Origin: Naegleria gruberi
Lineage: Eukaryota
Direction: 5' to 3' (one strand)
DNA length: 64,000 nucleotides
Assembly: GCA_000004985.1 (NCBI GenBank)
Contig: GG738900.1
Shown: positions 41,135 to 53,500 of the stretch, one piece after another
Numbering within the stretch: the stretch's first letter is position 1
How the letters are laid out: every line of letters starts with the position of its first letter
Translations under genes and position numbers: made by a program
The notes under the pieces: generated by a model
Databases searched by the model: none
Told to the model about the DNA's origin: nothing
The model's input: the letters and a program-made list of their open reading frames with translations, nothing else

Positions 41135-41746
41135 ATGTGCAATTTAAGTAATTATTTGTGGAGAAGTGATGATGATAAGCAAGTTTCAATTATAGAAAGA
41201 ACTCCTATGAAAAGTTCTAAAGTTAATGAGTCATTTATTATTGATTGCAGCCCGCCAACAACAGTTCTTCTTAACAAACCAAGTACCACTACCATAATTC
41301 CAACCAGTGACGAAACTTTGGTAAATAGATCTCCATCAACCAAAAGAAAAGTAGATGCAATTAATGTGAAGGAATTATCAAAGAAAGCTGTTAAAGCTAT
41401 CAAGACAGATAATGAACAAAACGATTATACTATGTCAGAAACTTCATTACTTTTACAAGAATTAACAGATATTCTTTCAGATAGAGAAGAAAGAGATGCT
41501 TTAAAAAGAAAAGTTGAGCTAGAAGAAGGTTTTTATGAGTATTGTATGCAATTTTATCAAAAGATTATTACAGAAAATAAGAAAAAGATGGAATTGTTAG
41601 AAAATCAATTCGGTGAAATAGAGGCATTATCTATTGAAGTATCTTCCTATATCACTAAAAGACGAGAGAAACTAGAAATACAAGATAAAATAGAACACGC
41701 TGCTATCAAAGAAGAATTGAAAAAGCTTTTTGCAGAAGAAAAATAA
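41135..41746 (+). CDS. hypothetical coiled-coil protein; upstream exons may exist in 40700-41134
   Basis: ORF-track frame. The C-terminal half is K/E-rich heptad-like sequence. An exon-like 63-codon open frame with no ATG (..GPGQSIVFKEHVPHGTFNWGPITISFGQTYFGNEIEKLIFNKNPNDISLLIQ) lies just upstream at about 40954-41145. Confidence 0.4.
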   Translation: MCNLSNYLWRSDDDKQVSIIERTPMKSSKVNESFIIDCSPPTTVLLNKPSTTTIIPTSDETLVNRSPSTKRKVDAINVKELSKKAVKAIKTDNEQNDYTMSETSLLLQELTDILSDREERDALKRKVELEEGFYEYCMQFYQKIITENKKKMELLENQFGEIEALSIEVSSYITKRREKLEIQDKIEHAAIKEELKKLFAEEK

Positions 41747-41756
41747 ACTATTTTCA

Positions 41757-41815
41757 TGACTTTACATTTATTTACATTTATTTACGTTTATTTACATTTA
41801 TTTACGTTTATTTAT
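41757..41815. repeat. minisatellite (tttacRttta)n, about 6 units
   Basis: tttacatttatttacatttatttacgtttatttacatttatttacgtttattta, read directly from the sequence. Confidence 0.8.
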
Positions 41816-42037
41816 ATCAAATAATTACAAATAGTAATGTCTTTTTAAGTTTATTTACGTTTATTGAAATATTAACGTTTATTTATATATATTACTATTT
41901 GTTGAATAAATTAACAGTATTTATTATTAATAAAACCTAGTTTAATGTTTAATCATAATGAAGCAAACAATTTGTATTAAATAATAATCATTTGATACAT
42001 AATAATACATAATCTTCCGGCATGGAATAATAGGTGC

Positions 42038-42068
42038 CTGCAGTATTTATTTTTAAAATACTGCAGGT
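42038..42068. promoter_or_regulatory. perfect 12-bp stem / 7-nt loop hairpin cctgcagtattt-atttttа-aaatactgcagg, about 70 bp upstream of the ATG at 42137
   Basis: Read directly from the sequence. The stem shares the cctgcag core with the hairpin at 40003-40051. Confidence 0.6.
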
Positions 42069-42136
42069 ATTAATTATCAGCCGAGTTTTTTTGCACAGCC
42101 ATCGCTGGGAGGTTTTTACCACCCTCTCATTTTAAC

Positions 42137-42916
42137 ATGTCAAACACCACAGAATCAGACAAACTTCACAATGATGAAGCAGTGTGCGTCTCGTCATCCG
42201 ATGAAGAAGAATTTATCAGCAAGGATAAGCAAAAAGGTCACAAGGGAGTATTTATTGAAATCGGAGAACGTATGAAAAGATATGAAGCCAATCAAGGATT
42301 ATTCTTGGATGAAACCAAGCCGTATATGGCCAGATTGGATGGTCATAAATTCTCAACATTTGCTCGTCCATTTAGGTATGTAATGATATGAATTGATTGT
42401 ATTAAATTAATTCTTGATATTCAGAAAGCCATATGATAACTTGTTGCATGCAGTCATGGTTCAAACAGCTGCTGATCTGTGGAACAATTTAATGATGNNN
42501 NNNNNNNNNNNNNNNNNNNNNNNNNNNNNNNNNNNNNNNNNNNNNNNATTTGGGCAGCATTCTATTCTACCAAGGAAATGCATGGATTGAAAGCTCGTCA
42601 AGTTGTTGAGAAATTGAAAGAGGATAAGAATGTTGATTGGAATGATTATCCAATGGGTTATCGTTACGGAACTTTTATTAAAAAGTCAAAATACGAAAAG
42701 AATGTCAAGAATCCAAAAACAGGTGAAGAATTGGTGTGTATGAGAACTAAATCAGAAGCATTTTCATTCAAATTGGAAGATTTCGATTCAAAATATATTG
42801 AATTGTTTAATCTCAAGACATGGAATGAAGTTTTTGAAAAGGGAATTTTGAATAGAGATGATTTAATTCTTGAGCCATTGTTTAGTGATTTGTTGGCTTC
42901 AGATAACAAAGAATAA
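42137..42916 (+). CDS. tRNA-His guanylyltransferase (Thg1)-like protein, 2 exons, interrupted by an assembly gap
   Basis: Exon 1 (42137-42375) encodes ..PYMARLDGHKFSTFARPF, matching Thg1 VVRLDGRNFHRFAEKH. A 49-nt intron follows. Exon 2 from about 42425 encodes RKPYDNLLHAVMVQTAADL, then after the gap IWAAFYS..GLKARQVVEKLKEDKNVDWNDYPMGYRYGTFI, matching Thg1 [40 protein letters not shown]. N-run at 42498-42547. Confidence 0.65.
42498..42547. other. assembly gap (N-run) inside the Thg1-like gene
   Basis: Contiguous run of N. Confidence 0.95.
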
Positions 42917-42964
42917 AGTTTCGAATAAATCTCCTTTTCAATATTAAAAAAATAGATCTGAAAA

Positions 42965-43909
42965 ATGGCTCAATTGACCGAAGAAGATTCACAAGTAATT
43001 GTTAATTTAATTAATTTTGATCACTCCCCCAATTCATTGTTTGATCAATTAAAAATTCAACTACGAAATTATAAGAAATTTGTACCATTTTCCATGAATT
43101 TTGAAGAGGTTGCGAAAATAACACCAATTTCCAATTTAATGTGTCATGTTAAAGTCTCACCATCACATCATTGTCTATGTGTGTCTGATACAGAAGACAA
43201 CATAAAGAAAATTAAGTTTTTTGAATTGACAAGCTTGCGATATTTAACAAGTTTTAAACATCTTACACCTGTTGACAGTTTGTTTATCGAGGAAAACTTT
43301 GATGGCCAACACAATGATGCAATTTATTTTGGAGAATTTGGGGGCATGACAAAGTACAGAGTTAAAGACTTGTTGATTTTGGGAGAAAATGCACAGTTTT
43401 TATGGAAAATTGAAAAGAAATACAGGTTTGGAATGGCAATAAGAGAAATTGGAAATAAGAAACAATTATTCAGATTTGCTGGCGTTTCCAGAACAATGGA
43501 TATAATAGATGCTGAGGAGGGTAAAATTATTGCTGAGATGGATTTTGAACATATTCACAAGGTGTTTGGAATTGAATTTATTACTCCAAAGCGATTGTTT
43601 ATATCATGTCTGGATGGAGATTGTTGTATATTTGATGAAGAAACAGAAAACAAATGGAAACTCTTTAAAATTATTCAAAGTGTGGATGATATTCGCCTTA
43701 AAGACTCTGCTGGATTAACAGTTGACTATTTGGGTAAAAAGATATTCCTCTCCAATACTGGAAGAATTATAATCTTTGATTTTGATGGAGATGTAGTTGG
43801 CTCATACAAGGCAGATATTAAAGTTCCTTGTGGTCTTGATTTTGACAAGAGAACTGGCCTTCTTTATGTTGCTGATCAATTATCCAATTCCATTAAAATT
43901 TTCAAGTAA
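42965..43909 (+). CDS. hypothetical protein with an NHL/SMP-30-like beta-propeller C-terminus
   Basis: True ATG. The C-terminal segment GRIIIFDFDGDVVGSYKADIKVPCGLDFDKRTGLLYVADQLSNSIKIF resembles an NHL blade. Confidence 0.45.
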   Translation: MAQLTEEDSQVIVNLINFDHSPNSLFDQLKIQLRNYKKFVPFSMNFEEVAKITPISNLMCHVKVSPSHHCLCVSDTEDNIKKIKFFELTSLRYLTSFKHLTPVDSLFIEENFDGQHNDAIYFGEFGGMTKYRVKDLLILGENAQFLWKIEKKYRFGMAIREIGNKKQLFRFAGVSRTMDIIDAEEGKIIAEMDFEHIHKVFGIEFITPKRLFISCLDGDCCIFDEETENKWKLFKIIQSVDDIRLKDSAGLTVDYLGKKIFLSNTGRIIIFDFDGDVVGSYKADIKVPCGLDFDKRTGLLYVADQLSNSIKIFK

Positions 43910-44031
43910 AGTTACAAATATTTACATTTGACTTGATTTCTTTTCACACTTTGTAGTTGTGTGAAATGAAGAATATAACGATTGGTTAATCAAGTAGTGT
44001 GATATTTGTAACATTTCAATTGTTAATTTTG

Positions 44032-44270
44032 GACGGGAAGCCTGCCAGGAATATGGCGACAATCCCGCTACAGTCTTTGACTGTATGAACAGTGAAGGCA
44101 AGAGTTCTGGACGAATCTTGTTGTGTTTAAATAACAGGTTGTTGAGGAAATTCAATAGGTTGATCAACCTTGTATTTATTGAACATTGATTCGCTGAATT
44201 GCTTGATGCAAATTTTGGTTTCATATTTTCTGATCAAATCTAAACTAAATTGAAACTTCAGCTTATTGGA
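44032..44270. repeat. copy 2 of the ~230-bp conserved element (see 21477-21697)
   Basis: See copy 1. It has the same orientation and the same position relative to its neighbours: about 120 bp downstream of the stop codon of a plus-strand gene. Confidence 0.7.
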
Positions 44271-44757
44271 TTTCATCAGCAAATTATTACAAGAAATCAA
44301 TTTTTTCACAAGATCTTTAAATATTAAAAAAATATCTCATCATTTATAATAACATTCGAATGGTTGAAATTTTTTTTACCATTTCTCATTACCTTATTTG
44401 TAAATTAATGAAATTTGTGCAATGATGCATATGAAAATGATGATTAAAATTAAATATTATCCAATTGGAATAGCTAGTGGTTTTCCAATAATTCCAAAAT
44501 CAATAAGTGAAATCTCAACTATTTAAATCTACAAGGTGTTTCTCTAAATTCATTAGATAATTTCATCTCAACGATTTATTTAATTTCAATAGAGAAACAC
44601 CATATCTTGTTTATTTAGCCCATTGCCAAACATCACATTTCAAACCATCAAAATCTCTCATTAAAAAAAATTGGAGACATTTGCCTGCCATCCATCATCA
44701 TTTTGATCACACAAAAACAAGAAGAAGAAGAATAAAATCGTGCATCAAAACATCAAA

Positions 44758-47700
44758 ATGGCACCTCCATCATCATCCACCAATACAATCCATGAAAAAT
44801 TTGATTTTTATTCCCTCGTTTCACCACAAGGACAAATCAAAACTATTTGTTCAGTAATTGATGATTATGATTTTATATTTGTTGGTTTGGGGGATGGTCG
44901 TGTAGTTATCTATCGAATGAAAATTGATAATTTCTCAGCCATTGAAGCAGAGAAATGTGTTTCCATCAATATTGACAAGGCACCGATTGAAGATATTCAA
45001 GTTGACTCTAAAAACAAGTTACTTTTTGTATTGAATGAACAACATGATTGATATTTTGGTTATGATCCGAAACATCCAACAGGAATTTCTTGAGAGAAAG
45101 GCAGAAATTTTGGGTAAACAAATTTCATGTTTTGCTGTGGATAAGAGATGTGAAAATCAGAGATTGGTTTTGAGTTATAAAAGTGGAAAGTTAAAAGGAA
45201 AGGCATCACTGTTTTCATATAAGGAATTGTTGGAAGATAGTGTTCAAGAGTTGACTGAAATTAAAACAGTTGATATGGAAGATTCAAATCAATTTACGAC
45301 AACTCATGAAATGTTATTTGTTGATTCTTACTTTGTTTGTTTACTTTCAAAAGGTGCAAAATCAAAAGAAGTCATGTATTATAAGAGATTTAGTTTGAAT
45401 ATTTCACAAACTACGAGAAATTTCATTTCCTGTCAATCAATTGTTACAAAAGAAAGTGATATGGATGAAATTCGAGGAACAAAGGGTGTTTATATTAAGA
45501 ATAGTATGATTCATTTAGAAGGAAAGGTAGCTCTCTTTAGATGTGGATTGAAATTGTGGAGACCTTGCTATTTGGATGGTGAAAAGTATTATGTGAGAAA
45601 TGCCTCCTCAAATATTGTTTCAAGTGTTGCAGGAAATGCTAACAATACTACTGATTCTTCTTCATCACTTTCCAGTAATATTCAAAGTTCAAATTCTGAA
45701 GAACAATCAGAAATTGAAGAAGTCAACTATGAAAGAACCAACACTTTACAATCCATGAAGGAAGAATTTAAATATGCCTATGTTAACACAAATGGTGCTG
45801 AACCTTTGAGTGTTTGTTTGTGTTTCCCATATGTTGCTTGTTTGATGAGTGACAGTCTCGATATTTACAATTTATATTGGAGAGAAAGTACAACTACCAA
45901 GTCAACTATGCAAGCAAAGAAAGTTTATTCATTATTGAACAATAAGGATGGTACCACTATATTTGCAGATGAACATCGTTTCTATGTGGTTACTGAAAAT
46001 TCAAATGCCATTCGTTACTTGTCTCCTCCAAATAGTGATATTCAATTAAAGACATTGAGAGAAGAGTTGCTCTCACCACAAGCTCATCACTTGTTCAAAA
46101 TGAGACAAGACAAAAATAGTGAAGATTTCAGAAAGGAATTGATGGAATTCCAATTTGCAAATGGTAAAGCGAACTTGGAAAGAGGTAGGCCGAAGGAAGC
46201 TTTCAGATTCTTCTTAGAATCAATGAAGCAATCAAAGTATTTATCCATTGAAGATAGAAAGGATATTCGTGAGATTTTGAGATATTTCATGTATTATAGC
46301 GGTTCTTCTCATTCTCAATTTAGTTTGATTTCACCAAGTTTCTTCCCGTCTTCAATTTCAAGTGAACCAATTCGTGAAAAATTGACTACAAACTTTAAAC
46401 AAGGGAAAATCAAAGCTGGTATCGATCAGAACTTTATCACTCAAGATATGGCTATGAACTTTACAGAGCACTTTATCAACTTGCTCATTCACAAGACTTT
46501 CATGTACTTGATGGAATTCCTTGAAGTGGTTCAATCAAATCCAAAATATAGACCTGAAACTTTGGATCAACAAGCTGCAGTTGAATATGCCTTGTTAGCT
46601 CTCTACACATTACCTCATCCAAACATGGCTTCAAAGGAATTTGATGAAAACAATAGAAGATCCCTTGCCTACTATCATCATTCTTGCTATGAGAACATTG
46701 AAAAGATTGTAAAGAGAAAGCACGAACCTGGTTTTGAAAAGTATACTGAACAATTGTTCAAAGTCTTGACAGATACTGGTTGTTGGAGACACGCTGCCTT
46801 GTTAGCTCATAATCTTGGGCAAAGTACTCAACAAGTTATGGGTATTTTCAAGAGTAACATTAGTCGTGACATTTACTATGAACGTTACGATGGTGTGGAT
46901 GATGTTGTTGATATTTTAAGTCAGATGGATGGTAATACATTATTGCAAAATCCATCCATTAGAGAATTCATTTCATGGATCATTTCACTCAATCCAAGCA
47001 AGAGTGTCAAGATTTTCACCGCCCCAAGAGCTAATCCACCAATCCCAGATTTGGTATTGGAATTCTTGAATCCATTCCCTCTCAACATGACAGTTCAATA
47101 TTTGCATCACATAATCTATGAAACAAAGGGTCAAGGTATTACAGATAGAGATTTGAATAGATATCATACAGAATATGCAATAAGTTTGATTGATTATGTA
47201 ACCTTGATTTATCCTGTCAATCTCGATAAGAGACTTGCCCCTCCAGCAGGTACTGAACAGGGAGATCTCGGTAAATTTAGAGGATACTTGTTGAAACACA
47301 TCAAGGAAAGTAGCAGATACAATAAGGAAATTGTCGACAAGAAACTTCAAACATCCAATTTGAATGAGGAAAAGATTTCACTCTTCCATGTTATGGGAAA
47401 ACACGAGGAGGCATTAACTGTCCTTGTAAAAACTGATTTGAAGAGAGCTGAGGAGTATTGTGATACTGTCTTTGAGGAAGAACAAAAATCTACAGTTTTA
47501 CTTTCAAAGAGTGGAAATCAAGCAAGTAATTACAATCCATATTTAATCAGATTGATTGAAATTACAACCAATCCAACACTTTTTGATGAATATGATGAAG
47601 AGAGTGCTCTCCGTAGAATGATGAGTGTTCTCAGTTTACTTCAAAGAAGAGCTTCGGATATTAACATTATTGAAGTATTGTCCGTACTTCCAGAACATTC

Positions 47701-48040
47701 TGAATTGAGGCAATTATCAACCTTCTTAACTCAGGCCATTCAATTTACTCATCACAATAATAGAACTACTTTAATTAAGAATGAATTGGCAAGAAATGCC
47801 TCAATGCAAGTTAAGGCACGTCATGTCAAAGCTACAACCAGATCAATAACTGTTACTTCAACTACATCATGTCCAGTTTGTGAACAACCTATTGGTAATG
47901 CTGTCTTTGCAATCTTCCCTGACCAATCAGTTGTCCATTATCGTTGTTTGATTAGCAACGAAGATGAAAAGAAGGAAAAGAATAGGAATGTCCATCCAAA
48001 GAATGGTATTGATTTTAAGAAATTCCCAGTTGACTTTTAA
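44758..48040 (+). CDS. Vam6/Vps39-like protein (HOPS/CORVET-type; TGFBRAP1 family), 2 exons
   Basis: N-terminal CNH-like region, a long alpha-solenoid, and a C-terminal zinc finger CPVCEQPIGNAVFAIFPDQSVVHYRC that matches Vps39 (C.VC...IGNS.FA.YPNG.VVHY.C). A 55-nt intron at about 45028-45082 joins ..KNKLLF to EFLERKAEILGK.. First ATG (MAPPSSS) is at 44758. Confidence 0.75.
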
Positions 48041-48146
48041 ATCTTTACCCGTAACAAATAAATCAATTAAACAATTCGTTCACTCTTAATATCATTAATT
48101 TTTAGCCATTTCCAAATCCTTTTAGTCGGTTGGCAAAGAAAACAAA

Positions 48147-48235
48147 AGGCGACTGAGGGAATTGAACCCTCGACCCTCAGTTATCTCAGCATTACTGCCT
48201 ACAAGACTGATGCACTGCCACTGTGCTAAGCCGCC
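48147..48235 (-). tRNA. intron-containing tRNA. By my cloverleaf reading the anticodon is UGU (Thr); the isotype is uncertain.
   Basis: The minus strand reads GGCGGCTTAGCACAGTGGCAGTGCATCAGTCTTGTA[GGCAGTAATGCTGAGAT]AACTGAGGGTCGAGGGTTCAATTCCCTCAGTCGCCT, followed by TTTTG. The acceptor, D and T arms are good. A ~17-nt intron lies 3' of position 37. The anticodon stem is TCAGT/ACTGA with loop CTTGTAA. Confidence 0.7.
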
Positions 48236-48353
48236 TTACATGCATCAAAAAAATTATAAAAACCTGTGCTAAAGCAACACATGTCAAACTTTCTTCAAAA
48301 ATTTTCCACTTGAAGTTCAATTAGACATTAGACTTGAAAAAAAAGGCTTTACA

Positions 48354-50400
48354 ATGTTGCCATCATCGTGTTTTGGTTACAGTAATTGGAGTGGTAGAGC
48401 CACTGATGATGATGACTTTGAAAGCTTTCTCTATTCACCAACAAATGAGGAGCAAATTAATACTTCGGAAGAGATTAATTTAAATATGAATAATTCTATT
48501 AACACGACGGATCGGAACCAACATCAATCTATCTGTCAGAATAATACTGTGCCGGTACAATCAATTAATTCTTCATCAATGGTTGAAAAGAATGAATACA
48601 CATGTTTGTCATGTCGAAAATTACACAGAAAATGTGACAAATTACTTCCATCATGTTCTTATTGTTCAAAGAGAGGATATAATTGTATATATGAAAAACC
48701 AAAGAGAAGTGTAAAACCAAATCAACCAAACTTTGTGTTTGTTGATGAAGGAAGAAAGCTAACTAATCATCGAATAAGTCAACCAACAGCAGCAACAACG
48801 AACAAATCAATTTCGTTGTGGTGAAAATTCAAAGAATATAGAAAGGAGAGGGGAACCTTATGTAAATATTGTAAATAATTTGAATAGAATTGGAAATAAT
48901 GCAACGAGTATTAATGCATTGCAAAATGAGTTGAATTATCGATTTGTTACCACTCAAACTCTGGATGTATATTTTAATGTAATTGCTTGTGGAATGCCAC
49001 TTGTGGAAAGAAAGAAATTGGAACAAGTTTTGGAATATCAATCTAATTTGTATCATCCTTCATTCTCAATATCTGGATGTGATTTTTATACGAATCAGTT
49101 TGAATTTGAAAAGGATCAATCACTTTTATTTACATTACAAGCACTGTGTTTACAACAGATGGGTCATCGAGATGTTTCCACTCAACTCTACCTTCAAGGA
49201 AAACAATTATTGGGAAAATACTTTGATGACATTGATTCGATAAGCGTCCTACTTTCAATGAAATTTACATCACTCTATTTACTGGGAGAGGGTGAAAGAA
49301 GAAAGGCCAGAGCCATGATGTTAATTGTAAAAGCAGGTATTGATCCATACCTTTTGAAAAACGAAAAGGTGAAGGAAATTTCTGATCTAGAACTGATATT
49401 GAAGAATGCCAAATCTTTTACATCATTATTGATTGAATCTCAGCTAAAACTAATTGACCTTTACCTAAATGAAGAATGCTACCCAGACACATATCTTTTC
49501 GAGGCCATTGAGGAATTGTCAAACCGAAAACTAAAATTCACAGATGAGGAAAGATCAAGAGGATGTAAAAAACTAGACAAGGAAACCTATGAAAAGATAA
49601 AGGGATTTATGAAAGCTTACATGTCTCTCTCCAGAATATTTGTTGAGAGTGAAAGAAATGACACAGATAATGCAGGTAATTTGCTCATGCTTAGTTTGAG
49701 CATCACAACAAAGCAAATTTGGTTAGAAATTCTACTCAATTCAGATGAAAGTTTCAGAGATTTGAATGAAATTCTTCAAATTTCCAGTGAAATTATTAGA
49801 TTGACGAGGACTAAATTCTTTCCCTATCTTCAAATCAATGCTACTAAGGGAATAATTTTAGCTGCCACACTGAGGGCAAGTTATTATTACAAACTAGGTC
49901 CTAATGAAAATGTCAATGATGATTTGAGAGCTCTTAAATCACTCTCAACAAAGTACAAATATATCCAAACAGAATGTGTTGATTTGATGAAGGCACTTGA
50001 AACTCTGACATACATGTCATTAAATAGTGGAAGTTTATCAAATCCATTTTCTGTGGATGAAATTTGCAATTTTACCTCCAAAATTGAACCAACAACATTG
50101 AAAGCACCTACTGAAGGAGGAATTATTGTTTATTATAATGACTATGTAGAAAATCACAGACCTAATCTGAATCAAGTGATGAAGGAAGATACTGATCTTA
50201 TAGATGAATTAGTCAATTGTCTATTGGATCAAGATAAGATTAAGAAGGAAGTTACTGATCCTATTCAACAAAAAGAGAGCTTGCATTATAGAAAATTACA
50301 ACTTGTGCAAACCTACCGAAATAAGGCAACTGATAGGCAGGATAATTATCAAGTGATTGAAATGATGAAGAATATTCGACTCTTTTACATGTTGCAATAA
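48354..50400 (+). CDS. Zn(II)2Cys6 (GAL4-type) zinc-cluster transcription factor, probably 2 exons joined by an inferred 79-nt intron (about 48711-48789)
   Basis: Exon 1 contains CLSCRKLHRKCDKLLPSCSYCSKRGYNCIY, all six Cys with canonical spacing. The 48880 ORF frame is actually open from 48778. A GTAAAA donor at 48711 and a caacag acceptor at 48789 join ..KPKRS to QQQRTNQF.. in phase. The downstream 500 aa are alpha-helical, like a fungal TF middle domain. Confidence 0.55.
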
Positions 50401-50532
50401 CTATCCTCAATAAATTAGATTAGTTTCGAATAGTTTCATTACCAATGGTTTCAATTAGTTTCATATGAAAGTCCACTTTAGTTGGGATGCAAGATAGCTC
50501 TCTCATTTTCCCATCAATCATCACTCAAAAAA

Positions 50533-53500
50533 ATGACCAAAGACACGATAAAGGTAGACTTTCGTCTTCACCAGTCCGGTAATGTAAGTGTTCATCATCG
50601 CTACTACAGTTCATCAACGATTCTACAACAATAATTTTCCTTTCTCCATCATCATCAACAAACAACAATAACGAAATACGAAACTAATTTTTATTCGAAA
50701 CAGCTGATTGAAGGTTTTTTAAAAAAGAAGGGTAAAAACTTAATCAATCGAGCACCACTTCGTTACGTAATTGTACGAAAGGATGGTCTTTATTATTTTG
50801 ATGTAAAGAAGGATGAAAAGAATGGTCAAGATCAACCCGATCTTGATACTTGTCTTGGATTTATAAATATTCTTGATTTACAATCAGTGGTTGGAGATGA
50901 ATCTGATAACAAATTAACAATAACAGCAGAAAAGAAAAAGAAAACTAAACAATTTGTATTTTTCACTGAAAATAAGGATTCGTATACAAATTGGTTCAAT
51001 GAAGTAAAGAAATGGGAATCACAAAAAGATTTATATGTAAAATCATCACCTCAAACCAATCAATCAACATTTTCAAGTGGTGCTTCATCAAGAAATTCTG
51101 CAAAATCAGCAACCAATGAATTAACTTCCATCTCACAAAGAGTTCGATCATCTTCGAGTAGACTTTCATTGAACAAACCTATTGATACAGGTGGTCTATT
51201 TTCACAGAGTCCACCTAATAGTGGTGGTGGTGGTGCATTGAGTGGTGGTGTTGCAAGTGGTGGTACTGGAGACAGTTCAGCAACTACTCCATCAACTCCT
51301 TCCACAATTATTTCTGGAAGTTCTGCTACCCCAATTATTAATCCATCCACTACAAATGTTACTGCAGGTACGAGTCCAACTGGTATTGGATCTATTCTCA
51401 ATAGGAAAAAGACAACTTTTGAAGATGAAGATATTGGAACGGAGGCAAATATTTCTGATGAAGAAGATGAATTGGAAAATGACGAAGATGATGATAATAT
51501 GAGTGGTCTCAGTGCAAGAAGTAGAAGTTCAACAAGATCAAGAAGAAGTGGAGTTTTGAAAGGAAAAGAAAAAGGAAATTTGTTTGACTTGTTAAATTCT
51601 CAAAAATTGGCCGAATCAAGTGTTGCTAGAAGACACTCTGTCATGTTTGATAAGGTTTCTGATAGATCTTCAGTTATTTTCGATGATGGATCATCACACA
51701 GTGGTGCTGGAAATCGTAAGAACGATGAAGATCAATTTGATAAGAGAAGATTCCAAAATATCATGTCAATCTTCCCAATTGAAAGAGAACATTCTCGTTA
51801 TTTTGATGATGGTAAACGTGTTGAATTGACTCAACCAATAGCAGAAGTCAAAGAATGGGAAGAAGAATTAATCAGCTTTGAAACTAAACGTTCTCAAAAA
51901 TCAGAAAAAGTTGATGAAAAATCCATCACTACTCTCGTTCCTCATGATTTTGCAGATGCTAAGGAAAAGTGTAAGGAAACTCTTCAACAAGAGGACAAAT
52001 TCTGTTACTGGGCTCACGAAGTTGTGTGGTTCAATCCAAGAGTAGTCGGTAATAAGAATCAATACAAGGAAGCACTTCTCGTGTTGGGTAACAGAAATTT
52101 GTACATTATTGACTCGAAGAGTTTCAAAACTGAAACAAAGGTCAGAGTGAATGATATTGTTCACATTGTTCAATCTGGTTATGAGGATGACATTGTTGGT
52201 ATTGTAAGAAAGAAGGACAGAGAGGAAATGTACGATATTCTATTCCAATTCACAGAAACTAAAAAAACAAGAGGTGCCGATGAGACATCCATTACTGTTC
52301 AAGATGAAGAGAGAATTAGAGGGAAATCATTTGCTAACAGTTGTTCTGCTCTCTTTAAGGAACAAGAAAATGAAATCTACTTGAAAAAGATTGAATTCTT
52401 TGATTATATTTCAGCAATTTTCCTTTCACAAAGAGGTTTGCAACTTAAAATCTTCTTTGTCAATGATGTAAGACAAGCAGTTAGAACAACTGAAAAGGAA
52501 GATCCAATTGACTTGAATGAAAAGAATATTCTCGAATCAACATCCATTCTCCAAATCGATAAGAAGCATGATTTTATCAAACTCTATTTGGAACCAATTA
52601 GATGTAGAGTTATGAGTGAATTTGGTGATAAACAAGTGCTATTTGCTGGTCTCCTTGGTAAGAAGAATAAGAGAAACAAGTATCAAAATCGTACCATTGT
52701 CATTACTAATAGAGCTCTCTACGTCTTTGATCCAAAGAAGCAAAAATCATTCAAGAGAAGAATTAAACTCTCTGAAATCTCAAGAGTTTACAGAAATAAG
52801 AAGAAGGGTGTATTGATTGATGTTCCTAGTGAATATCCACTTTGTTTGGTTCCAAAGCAAAATATGGACGTTTTTGAAGATTTTATAACTGTTCTCTCTA
52901 CTTTGTATTTTGATAAGGATTTAGTTCAACATGTAAAGGATAATGAATTTGATTCATTTGACTTGGAAAAGTCTCAAGGTTTCAAGGAAAAGATGAACGA
53001 AACTGAAGATATTTTACAAGTCCACAATCAGCTCAGAACAGCCATTAGTTCTAAAGATGTTAACCAAGTTAGAGAATATTTGGCCTACGCTGATGCATTG
53101 GTTGGTAAGAGAGATCCTCAAGAAACTATGAGTATTAGAGATTTGAGAATTCAAGCTAGTGAATTCTTAGCTGATGTTCGTTTACAAGAATTCATCAAGG
53201 AAAAACTTCAAACTGCTTTCATTAACAGAGATTTCCTTGAAATGAGTAGAATGTTGGATCACATTGAAACTATCAAGAAGGAAAGAGGTGAGGAAGAAAT
53301 CTACAAAGTACTTGCTGACTATCTCAAGAGTATCAAAACTGAAAAGGAAGTTGTCATTAACAAACACTTACTCATGACAAGAATCGAATATTTACTTGCT
53401 GGAGGTGTTGATACAGATAATGAGAGAAGAATTCTCGAAGCTGTTGATATAGCCAAGAGAGCTGGTTTCGTAAAGGAAGTTGAAAAGTACAAACAAGAGT

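Noticed and set aside
41757-41900. The tttacRttta minisatellite considered as telomere-like or centromeric repeat
   Set aside because: It has only about 6 units and is embedded in ordinary AT-rich 3' flanking DNA. I kept it as a simple minisatellite.
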